Part shown: one piece after another, positions 32,101 to 41,923 of the stretch
Layout of the letters: the number at the start of each line of letters is the position of its first letter
Numbering within the stretch: position 1 is the first letter of the stretch
Source: Trichinella spiralis
Lineage: Eukaryota
Direction: 5' to 3'
Length of the DNA stretch: 53,731 nucleotides
Assembly: GCF_000181795.1 (NCBI RefSeq)
Contig: NW_003526940.1
Span: 2,455,346-2,509,076, forward strand
Made by a program: the position numbers and the translations under genes
Notes under the pieces: model-generated
The model's input: only the letters and a program-made list of their open reading frames with translations
Databases searched by the model: none
Told to the model about the DNA's origin: nothing

Positions 32101-33314
32101 ATTTTCAAAGTCTCTTTCTTCATATTACAAAAATCTAACTCTATACATTTCACAAAATTGTTATAACAATTTCATCCAAACATAGCCGTAATTTGTATTT
32201 TAAACTTTTCTATTACAAGTAAAATAAGTTTATCATAAATTTCACATACTTGAAAAACTTTAAATTAAAAAAGTATTTAATTACACATTATTTTAGTAAT
32301 AATAAGGAATTTTTCTTTTTTGATTAATTAACACAAAAAATCAATTATAAAATTAATAACACTAAAAATGAAACCACCTTATAATAAAAATCCTACATCC
32401 TACAGTAAAAAGTGAATAAAATCAATACAATCTTCAAAATTTCTGCTTCTTGATAAACTCTTTCAGCCATTCTCTGCTTTTCTCGCAAGGACATTATTTT
32501 TTCATCTCTAATTAGAATTTCTTTATCCCATTCTTTACTAAAATACAATGGTGAATTAGAAAACAAAAATTTCACACGATTTCTATGTTCAACAATAAAT
32601 ACCGAGCTTTGGCAAAGGCAATTTCTTTTTCCACAAGCTGCTTCTTCACATCAGAAAGATCGTCTAAATTTTCAGCAGTCCCGTTGATAAAAACGTCATT
32701 GACTCCCAATTCTCGAAGTTTCAACTGCGCATAGCTCAGCGAAACTTTCAAACTGAAATTTTCCCTTCGCAACTCTTCAAAACGTTGCTGAAACTCTCGC
32801 AGTCCATAAGAGGGTATTTTTGGAACCACATTTTCGACAACCGAATCTACTTGATCAGCTAAACAGCTGACACCACACGTACTCAAATCTAAATACGATA
32901 CGATTTATCTTACCAAATTTTCAAACATCCAAAATAGAAACATCATCTCAAAATGGAAATAAATCAACAATAAAATAATTCACCGAAAACCATACAGCAC
33001 CGTATATCAACTAAAAACTGAAATTAAGCAGAACCGAGGACAAAAATTTCAAATATATATATATTTTCGAATTAAAATTTATGGAATATTGAAAAAATTC
33101 AAATATTACCTGGTAACGAAGCATGGGTGACGTTAAAATTCGGTTTCGTTGTCGACGACAAATTGCCCAGACAGCTAAAATAGAGCAACACCAATTTATA
33201 GCATCAAATAAAATCATATAGCTTAAAACCGAACTCCTTTTTTGAAGTAAAATCAGCAGTCAACGTTTTCCATCGGGAACTCTGCTGATCTTCACCACCA
33301 CCGAAAGAATTCAT
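28385..33314 (-). CDS. Centrosomin/CDK5RAP2-like coiled-coil PCM scaffold, multi-exon
   Basis: CM1-like LREFQQRFEELRRENFSLKVSL (~32740-32805), long coiled-coil exons and a C-terminal CM2-like IKEDLKKTGKVLQK*. The start codon is uncertain. Confidence 0.7.
29111..29152 (-). repeat. (AAT)14 coding microsatellite encoding poly-Asn
   Basis: A perfect ATT repeat on the plus strand; translated as N14 in the 282-aa minus-strand ORF. Confidence 0.95.
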
Positions 33315-33831
33315 AACGAAAATAAGTTCAACCTTCAAAATATAAACCAAAGTAATTTACAAATTAAATACAGTACATAAACACTGTAAATAGGTTTATC
33401 AGGAACCTATAATACTTTTATAAAATTATTTTACTACAGAATTATTAAAAAAGAAAATAAAATATTGATGCAAAAATATTTCAATATTATAGATTTTTTT
33501 TTTAAATATTTTTTAAATAATTATTTTTTTGGTAAAACAAAAATGTCAAAATGGAATTGCTTTTAAACACTTGAAATTATTACAAAAATTAATTTTCAAG
33601 TTATAATTCATACTAATTATTTAAATTTTAAGTGTATAATTTTTTAAATGTTTTAATAAAAAATATTTCTTAAAATATTTTTTAAAGGTCAATATTTGTA
33701 CTTGAAAATACGTAACACTGTATTAGATTTTCCTACCTGACTTTAAAGATTATTTTTATATAGTTATTATTTTGTTCTATTTGTATTTGTTTTATTGCAT
33801 GCCATAGTTGTTCTTGTTTTTAAGTGCAGCA

Positions 33832-36588
33832 ATGGCTGAGAACGATCACATTCAGAAAATTATTGATGAAGCCAGAAATTTGATGAATTTTGGCTTTTCT
33901 TTCAAGGTAAAAGTTCTCAGAAAAATAAATGTGGAGGTCTGCCGTTACAAAATTAGCAATGCTAAGCGAATTATACACATTTCACCTGATTACATTGATG
34001 ATAAGAAAGATTTTGTTATGTTCGATCTTGTTCGCGTTCTTATGGCGATGCATAATAAAGTTGTTTTATATGCAGAGAGACATTACAGATTAATCGATGT
34101 TGTGAAATTTGAAGACTTCAATGAAGAACTGCTTAAATTTTTATTTGAATATTGTTGTTTCTGCATGGGAAACGATGTGGTGAAACTTTACCCTGGTGTG
34201 GAGAGTTACTTTTGTCACAAACGTTTTGATGGTTTGTGGGATTTATCTACACCTGAGAAACGCTTGTTCTCAATACCGACACTGATTGATTACTTTCTTG
34301 CAATTCAACATTTGTACATTGTACGAGGAATGTTGTTTTCTCGTTTTGGTGGTAAAATGATTGCCATATTGCTGTTATTGAGATTTTGTTCAGCAGATGA
34401 AAAATATTCTAAAGCTCTTATTAACATGATGACTACTGCTTATGCAACAACGAAAGCAAATAATTTATTGTTGCTTATGAAAACTTTTAGAAATTTGAAA
34501 TCTCGGTACGCTAAATATGTGTTGGTTTTTTGTGGGAAATGTATGTCTGAAATTACGATACAGCGCAATGGTATTTTCCACATTTTGACTTGCTTTAATA
34601 ACAAGATCCTTTTGAATGAAAAAGATAAGTTACAATGGCAAAAACGTATGCCTGAATTAATTTGTAAATTTCCGAAAAAATTTAAAGATAAGCCGATGAA
34701 ATATTATTTGATCGTGTTTCGACAATGCGTTGGCATTTTGGAAATGCGCAATGCTGATAAATGGATTAAAAATGTATGTGCCGATATTCTTCGCAGTTTA
34801 TTTACTGAAAAGAGTCAACTACCAGTATCAGTATTAAATGAGTACATCAAGAACAGATATGTCGATCGAATTCGCTCAATTTCAGACAAGCAGCTTCATG
34901 ATGTTATTATGGACGAGAAAGCAGTGTTGTCATTTTTGAGTTTAATGGATGAATTAATGACAGTTGTGACTTTGGATGATCATTTTGACGAGGTTCTTCA
35001 AATAATAGTACCTGTATTGCTGTCAATGAATTGTGATGTGCGTAATTCAGTTACATACTGCGCACCATTAATTTCTGATATTATGACCAATTTATTTGAT
35101 ACTCAAAAGCCAGCTGCATTTGCCAAGAAATTGATGGCGTGGCTTTGCAGTCGAATTGAAGATTCGTTGCTATCATTACGTGCTAAGTTTGTAATTGGTC
35201 GTCGTAATGGTGTGCAAGCAGTGGTTGTTTCATATGACGAAGATGTGGAATTTATCAACAGATCTGTAGATAGTTTCTACGCTATTTTGAATTCGATACA
35301 GAATAAGAATAATATTTATTCTGCTGTTTTAGAAGAATGGTTGAAAATTATAATCACACATTCTTTTGCAGCGCAAGAAGAAAAGCAGCAGCAGCAATCC
35401 CAGTTGCCTTTCAGTTTCCTTTTGATTGAATCTCTTTGCAGCATACTCGATACGCATATTTCGCATTTTTATGATCTGTTTTCAACGCACGCAGTGGATT
35501 TTTTGAACGTGTTGCGCAAAATTCTCAATTGGTTACTTAAGCGCAGTCACAAAAGCACACCGCTTACAAACCAAGTGGCCGCTTTTTTGTTAAAATTTGT
35601 CGGCATTTTTCATCTTGAATATTTTTTGTCACAAAAAGATATTTTGGAAACGTTTCAATCTGTTATTCGGGTGGTGAAAATTTACTCTGAAAAATATCCA
35701 AATTCCAGTATTCGTGCAACTGCTGCAAAATTAGTTGTCAATGTGAATTGTAAAAAGGGACGTTTTGATGATATATTGCAAAAATGCCAAGAAGCTTATT
35801 CGAAATTGTCAGAAGAGGAACAATCGCGCAAAGTTGAAACATTTCAAACTGTGATGGAAGATTTAAATTCGACTGCTGTAGAAATCAAAGGACATGCGTT
35901 GATCATGCTGAGGCGATTGATTGAAAATGGAGATACGCATGCGATGATGGCTTTGGAAAAGAAATCTTTTTTCGAAACACTTTGCACAGAACTTCGGGAT
36001 AAAGATTCTTATGTTTATTTGTTGACTATCAAAGTTTTAGCCGAAGCGTGCAGAAAACGGAAAGCAAGTGTGTTTCCATTCCTTTTGCAGATGTTTGACG
36101 ATATGCAAAGCAAAGGTGACGTGGAAAATTGTTTGAAAATTGGAGAAGCAGTAGCTTCGGTGATACGCCGCTTGGGCGATGTGACTCCTCATTACGTTGA
36201 ACAAGTTTTGAACAGATTTTTGAAAATTTATTACACCGGTGAATGCAACGTGAAAGTGTCCTGCTTGTGCATTATAGCTGAGATCGTCAAATCTGCATCT
36301 TACAAAATAATGATGTTCAAAGTTGAATTGTTGTCGTTGATCGAATATAATCTCAAGATACAGAAATGGTCGGTTTTGCTTCCGGCTTCTGTTCACTTGC
36401 TGCATAATTTGTTTCTCGGTGCCGAAGGGAAGTTGCTTGAAATTTATGGTGACCGACTGCATTCTATTTACAGAGAGTTGAAACGAATGTACGAAAAGGA
36501 AATCGACAATGTTGAAATTGAAAAAGCCACGAGATTGCATATTCAGTTGTGTATAGAACAGCTTAACCGAGAGTTGAAAAAGTGCTGA
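33832..36588 (+). CDS. TANGO6: TANGO6/RTP1-family HEAT-repeat protein, single exon
   Basis: ~918-aa ORF with an RTP1 C-terminal-type motif (DLNSTAVEIKGHALIMLRRLI..LRDKDSYVYL..LKIGEA..RLGD..PHY). AATAAA lies ~30 nt after the stop. Confidence 0.8.
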   Translation: MAENDHIQKIIDEARNLMNFGFSFKVKVLRKINVEVCRYKISNAKRIIHISPDYIDDKKDFVMFDLVRVLMAMHNKVVLYAERHYRLIDVVKFEDFNEELLKFLFEYCCFCMGNDVVKLYPGVESYFCHKRFDGLWDLSTPEKRLFSIPTLIDYFLAIQHLYIVRGMLFSRFGGKMIAILLLLRFCSADEKYSKALINMMTTAYATTKANNLLLLMKTFRNLKSRYAKYVLVFCGKCMSEITIQRNGIFHILTCFNNKILLNEKDKLQWQKRMPELICKFPKKFKDKPMKYYLIVFRQCVGILEMRNADKWIKNVCADILRSLFTEKSQLPVSVLNEYIKNRYVDRIRSISDKQLHDVIMDEKAVLSFLSLMDELMTVVTLDDHFDEVLQIIVPVLLSMNCDVRNSVTYCAPLISDIMTNLFDTQKPAAFAKKLMAWLCSRIEDSLLSLRAKFVIGRRNGVQAVVVSYDEDVEFINRSVDSFYAILNSIQNKNNIYSAVLEEWLKIIITHSFAAQEEKQQQQSQLPFSFLLIESLCSILDTHISHFYDLFSTHAVDFLNVLRKILNWLLKRSHKSTPLTNQVAAFLLKFVGIFHLEYFLSQKDILETFQSVIRVVKIYSEKYPNSSIRATAAKLVVNVNCKKGRFDDILQKCQEAYSKLSEEEQSRKVETFQTVMEDLNSTAVEIKGHALIMLRRLIENGDTHAMMALEKKSFFETLCTELRDKDSYVYLLTIKVLAEACRKRKASVFPFLLQMFDDMQSKGDVENCLKIGEAVASVIRRLGDVTPHYVEQVLNRFLKIYYTGECNVKVSCLCIIAEIVKSASYKIMMFKVELLSLIEYNLKIQKWSVLLPASVHLLHNLFLGAEGKLLEIYGDRLHSIYRELKRMYEKEIDNVEIEKATRLHIQLCIEQLNRELKKC

Positions 36589-37653
36589 GTATAATTTTTG
36601 TCAAGTTTTAAAAGTGGAATAAAAATGGAATCCGTGTTATTCCTTTACTTGAAGTGAAATACTATTTAAACTTTTTTTTGATTAAAATAATATTTTTGCA
36701 ATGTCTTTGTATTCGTTGACTGGTTTATTTTCATGGGTTTCTTGTTTTTGATTTATAGAACTTACAAGTATTACAGATTTAGTCAGGAAAAGAAGTCAAG
36801 AAACATTTAATGCAAATTTATTAGTAGAAATCTTTTCCAGACATTCAAGGTATAATCAAACATTATTGCAAAACCGGACTGTGTAGTTTGTGCTCTGTTA
36901 ATTGAACCCAACCGATTTTGTATATCTAAGCTGAAATATCCGCTTGCAATCAGTCTCATATGCAACTCAACAAATCAATTTAGAGGCTTCATTCAAAAGG
37001 TAACATGATAGCTGCAAGAAGAATAATTATCGATGAACAAGCAAGGATCAAGCACACGCTTCCACACCACCAGAATATTCAGTTTTGAAGACTCTTTTAA
37101 CTGATTGTGCATTTCCTTGTATAGTCAGTGCTCGAGGTCAAATGAACAAAATGAGAAAGCTTTTTCACCGTTACATTTTACCATACACGCTGACAGTCAT
37201 AATTGTGCGAAAACTTATAACATGAAATGTATACAACACACAAATTACTAAGCATAATGTATAATTTTTGTCTTCTAGATCAATACTAATATTATTTGTT
37301 ATTGTTCATGATATGCAATTAATCATCAGACATGCTTTCTCATCATTTGACTGCTATGTATTTGTTTTAACTAATGAATTTTATCGACTCTTTCTTCAAA
37401 AGGAAAGCACGCGACTGAAAAAACTTGCCTCGTTCCAAGGTAGAACAAATTTTTCCCACCGCATTCATCGTCCAGGAAAAAATGCTTTAAATTACTATTA
37501 TCTACTGCAGACAAATTTCATTGTACATTTCATTCAAATATCTACAACTGTATTATATAATATTATTACATTATATATTATTATACTGCTAGTAGTTTAT
37601 ATTTCGTAAAATAAAACATCCATAACAATAATAATTCAAAGTGAATTTTATTC

Positions 37654-39750
37654 TTAAACAAGCAGAACAGCATTGATGCAACCATCATTTTCAGGGTTAT
37701 TGGTTACTTGAGCATATTTTCCCCAGACAACTTTACCACTTGTAGTGACAAGACCAAGTTCGCTGACGTTCACTTCTATTATGGTCCCTTTTGTAATGAC
37801 GCCTAGCTGAGTATACATCGTAGAAGATGGATTTTTTTTCACGCCGATTATTGGCAAATGAAACGTCGCTTGCAACTCAGGATGAGTGACATGAGCTTTA
37901 TTGAACCGAAGTGACTAAATAAAAAAAGAAACAGTTTTTGCAACATCACATAAATGCAATTAAAAAGATAAAATATAATGCGAACCATTGGACGAATAAA
38001 GCGTTCAAATTTTGGTGGTTTACGAGTAAAGCCTTCTCCAACGTAGCAAACCTTTGTCACCATGCGTTTCCATGCTTTCCCTTAATAGAATTGTTTAACT
38101 GACAAAATATAATCAAATAAAGACCATATATCAAATCACTTCTAGATTTTCCTGTACGAATCACTTTAAAAGTTTCTGCTTCACTCATAGCTTTCACTTT
38201 TGGCAGAGGTACAGCCCATTTTCCCTTAAATAACCACTTTAAAATGAAAGAAAATATAAGTGCCAACAAGCTTACAGCTTTCTCCTTTCTTTTTTGCTTT
38301 ATCATGTTACTCAGAACTTTTCCGCTAGTTTGTTGTTGACGATCAAGCAAATACACAGGAATAGCACCATCCGCTGACTTCTCTGGTTTTCTTGTGCCCT
38401 GTTGCTGTTTTTCTTCATGTGCCTTTATTCTGCAACATTAAACTTTTAACAAAATATACATAAATATTTAATTTAAATACATTATAAAACAAATTAGACA
38501 CATAAAAAGAAAGAAGCTTACTAATTACTTAACCAAAATATTATCAACAATTATCGTTCATATAAAAGTATCACATTACGACTTTTACATTACAAATTAA
38601 ACACAAAATCATACAACCATATAAGTAATAATTAAACTTTGGAAACACCTAACAAGCCTAAAAAATTAGTAAAATAAGAAAACAAACTAAAAAAGTTTCA
38701 AAACTTTGATAAATAAGATGAACGGATAACCGAAATTAAATTATAAATGTTACTTACTACAATATTTAAGATTCTTATGACAATTGAGGAAAAAATTCAA
38801 TAAAAATCAACTCACAATTTTCGCATTTGAACTTTCTCCGTATAGCGTTTTCTGTTGTATAATTTCGCCTTTATTCCGCGCAACGTTTTTGCTTTTTTAG
38901 CCAATACATGGCGATCTCGGCTAATCTTTTTCCGTCTTAAAATGCACAAATTTAAATTAAAGAATCTGCATTAATGCATATATTCATTAAAATAATTCTA
39001 AATCAGAAAACAATTTCCTAAAACTTTATTATAAAAGTAAAAAATATCATAATATTGACGAGAAACAAATTTATTACTCTCTTTCTTCATGATCGAAGCG
39101 ACGACCATAGCGTCTCCGATGAAGCTCTATATGCTCGTTCTGGGGCTACAAAATACAGATTGAATAACAAAAATCATTACATTTCAAATTTAATTAGAAC
39201 AGCAAAAATACATTAGTATAAACTTGCAAAAATTGCATAAATAATTAAATTAGTGAAATAACAAACAATATTTTGCGTTATGCATAATAAAATGTTATAA
39301 GAAAAGAAATGACATTTATTATCCAAAATAAGATGCTAAAAATTAAGACTACTAATATCACTATAAAGACAGTTATAAACAGTAATAAAATACTACACAA
39401 ATGTTTTTCATTACAAAAAAATAAATGTCGAAGACAAATTTCAAAGGGAAATTATGCGTCACGTTACTCTACTAAACGTGAAATTCATAAAGTTATAAGC
39501 ATTAAATAATTTTACTTTTAAAATTGGCTGACATACTAATTTTAAAAAATTAAATGCTAAACTTTTTAAAAACGGTTTTTTTCATTTAAATTAATGAGCA
39601 ATTTATTTCCAATTTGTGTATTCTATACTGTGTAATACTGCATTCAAAACATCTGATAATAAAATGTAACTAACCATTCAAATTTAAAATACTTTAAAAT
39701 ACAAAAATAATTTATTATTCATAAAAATAAAATAGAATGCAACATACCAT
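37654..39750 (-). CDS. NSA2: Ribosome biogenesis protein NSA2, multi-exon
   Basis: [89 protein letters not shown]. Confidence 0.97.
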
Positions 39751-40472
39751 TTATAAAATTTCTACATCATTTAATATTTGTACAGTATTCTTACCGTAAT
39801 TTGAAAAAATGTACAAACTGTTACAGTAAGAGAATATACAATTAATAATGCAGAATACGGTTTGTCTAATCATATTTTAATTATTGTAAAAAATATTTTG
39901 TTATTTTAATTTATATGCCTCACGCATTACAATAATTTATTGCTTAAAATTGCGATGATACTTGATAAGCGTGATGAAAAAGAATGATTATAGTTACCTT
40001 TTCCTTATGAATTAACTGCTAAGCTGACATATCCCTAGCTTTGAACAACAGTTCTCATTGTATAGTTGTATAATAACAATTATATAATTTATTAATGTGT
40101 ATCATGATTAAAAAATAATAAAATTTGCAGGAATGAAGCAGAATAAAGTTTTTTGGTTTTGCCATTGCTGATGATGAAAATACGTAATACTCAAAGATTA
40201 TTGAAAAAAATTATATGCACAGATTAGGATCAATGCTATGAAGCCATTATGTATCTGACGATACACATCATCAGTACAAGGATAACAGAAATAAACGTTT
40301 TCTTAACATTCACACTCCATTGTGCCAGTTGTAGTGGTTGTGAAAGTTTCATGTTATTCAGAAAGTACGTATTTTGCACTTCTGCTATAAAGTAAACAGA
40401 ATTAGACGCCGCTCGTTATTGCTAAGGTAACACATTTGACGCTTGAGTTTTGTGTTTACGGTAGTATTCTTC

Positions 40473-41108
40473 ATGGCTGAAGATGACAGAGAAATATTTC
40501 GCCTTTGGAAGATACGGCAGAATGCATTTCAAATGTGTCGTGATCGCGGTTTTCTGGTCACATCCTACGAATTAGACCAAAATTTTGAAGATTTTGTACG
40601 ACAGTATGGGGATCGACCAAGCGAAGGAAAACCCGCCAGATCGGATTTGAGTTTCCTTGTTTCGCACGAAGAGGACGCTGCTGAAAATCTATTTGTTTAT
40701 TTTGCTGATGAGAGAAAAGTTGGCATAAAGACCATAAAAAACGTCTGTTTACGTCTCCAGAGCGAAAATATGAGTAGAGCTATTATGATTGTTCAAGAAC
40801 CGATGACGGCCATAGCCCGACATTCAGTAGCGGATCTCTCCCCTAAATATAAGTTAGAACAATTTTTGGAGGCCGAACTGATGGTAAATATAATACGGCA
40901 CGAGCTTGTACCACGGCATGTCATCATGTCCAGTAAAGAAAAGGACGAACTGTTGGATAGGTATAAAATCAAAGAACATCAGCTGCCGAGGATCCAAAGC
41001 ACCGACCCAGTTGCTCGTTATTATGGGGTTGTTCGCGGACAGGTATTTAAAATAATTAGGCCATCAGAGACTGCTGGCTATTACGTGTCCTATCGTGTTG
41101 TTGTCTGA
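40473..41108 (+). CDS. POLR2E: RNA polymerase I/II/III shared subunit RPB5 (RPABC1), intronless
   Basis: RLWKIR..DRG, KVGIKTIK, HELVP.H, QLPRIQ..DPVARYYG..RGQV.KIIRPSETAG. The ORF is intact at 211 aa with no introns. Confidence 0.96.
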   Translation: MAEDDREIFRLWKIRQNAFQMCRDRGFLVTSYELDQNFEDFVRQYGDRPSEGKPARSDLSFLVSHEEDAAENLFVYFADERKVGIKTIKNVCLRLQSENMSRAIMIVQEPMTAIARHSVADLSPKYKLEQFLEAELMVNIIRHELVPRHVIMSSKEKDELLDRYKIKEHQLPRIQSTDPVARYYGVVRGQVFKIIRPSETAGYYVSYRVVV

Positions 41109-41113
41109 ATAAA

Positions 41114-41165
41114 TGCTAATCTATTGGGGTTTCCCCGCGTGAGTTCGATCTCATCCTCGTCGCCA
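41114..41165 (+). pseudogene. 3' half of mature-type tRNA-Ser(GCT) with encoded CCA (extended primer-binding site on the minus strand)
   Basis: T-GCT-AA anticodon-loop half, variable arm GGGG-TTT-CCCC, T arm GTGAG-TTCGAT-CTCAT with a 6-nt loop, acceptor strand CCTCGTC-G, then CCA. The 5' half is absent. Confidence 0.88.
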
Positions 41166-41166
41166 A

Positions 41167-41377
41167 TGTAACGTTTACGCTTTTTATCAACAAACCAATC
41201 TTTTTTTATTTAACGAAACAACGCTTTTATTCAGTTAGGAATAACTATATAAAGTGATAACACACACGGCAATATTAAACTCGCTAGCACATCGACGCCA
41301 ACGCCACTTTATGCAAAATTAGATCTCCTACTCTAGATTATTGATGTTTAGGTTGTTGAGGTCGTAATACCATTACA
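41167..41377 (-). mobile_element. Single LTR-like segment (Gypsy-type, tRNA-Ser primed)
   Basis: Bounded by TGTAA..TTACA. The minus strand has a TATA-like element then AATAAA, and ends ..GTTACA, 1 nt before TGGCGACGAGGATGAGAT (18-nt Ser PBS). No second LTR is visible. Confidence 0.65.
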
Positions 41378-41607
41378 ATACAACCTACTTCATTAGATTA
41401 CTCTATGTAGTAATGCAAAATAACTGTTGTTTTACCTTGAGATGCAAGCTAATTATCTTTTAATTGTGTTTTCATCAGTATTATAATATTTTTCATTTAA
41501 TTCTTTTTATTTTTTTTCTTATTCAAATAATTTTTAATTAATTGCGTTAATTCTGTAGCGTGCCGAGCTTTTCTTCCAACTGTTTCCTCCGTTTCTACCA
41601 GCTACAT

Positions 41608-41923
41608 TGTCGTGGAGCATTACGAGACACATACACAACGGAACTCGGCATAACTATTTATTCAATAGTAGAATAAAAATGAACAACACACCAGCGGGAG
41701 AGCGCTATAAACACACACACTGATAGTCTTATTGCTAAGGATGTAAGTCAAAACGGTCGTTAACTGATGGACATGGCCACATGACGGGACATATTAAGTG
41801 CTGGATGTTGACAGCAGGCGCGCCAGCTGTTGCATCTCGTGACTAATTGATGGGCGTCTGTTTATCTTATGATGCAGCGGTGTGTTGATGGCCGTTATCA
41901 GAGACCATCGTTCGTGCCAGGCA
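41608..41923 (-). mobile_element. Possible solo LTR
   Basis: GC-richer island bounded by TG..CA, with AATAAA near the minus-strand 3' end (..CCACGACA). No TSD found. Confidence 0.3.

Noticed and set aside
36800..37610. Possible small gene between TANGO6 and NSA2
   Set aside because: Only short, unconnected ORFs; no consistent spliced model or homology.
39900..40470. Second LTR or polypurine tract upstream of RPB5
   Set aside because: No copy of 41167-41377 is visible, so RPB5 is not inside a complete two-LTR element.
41114..41165. Functional tRNA-Ser gene
   Set aside because: The 5' acceptor strand, D arm and A box are missing, and the T loop is one base short.
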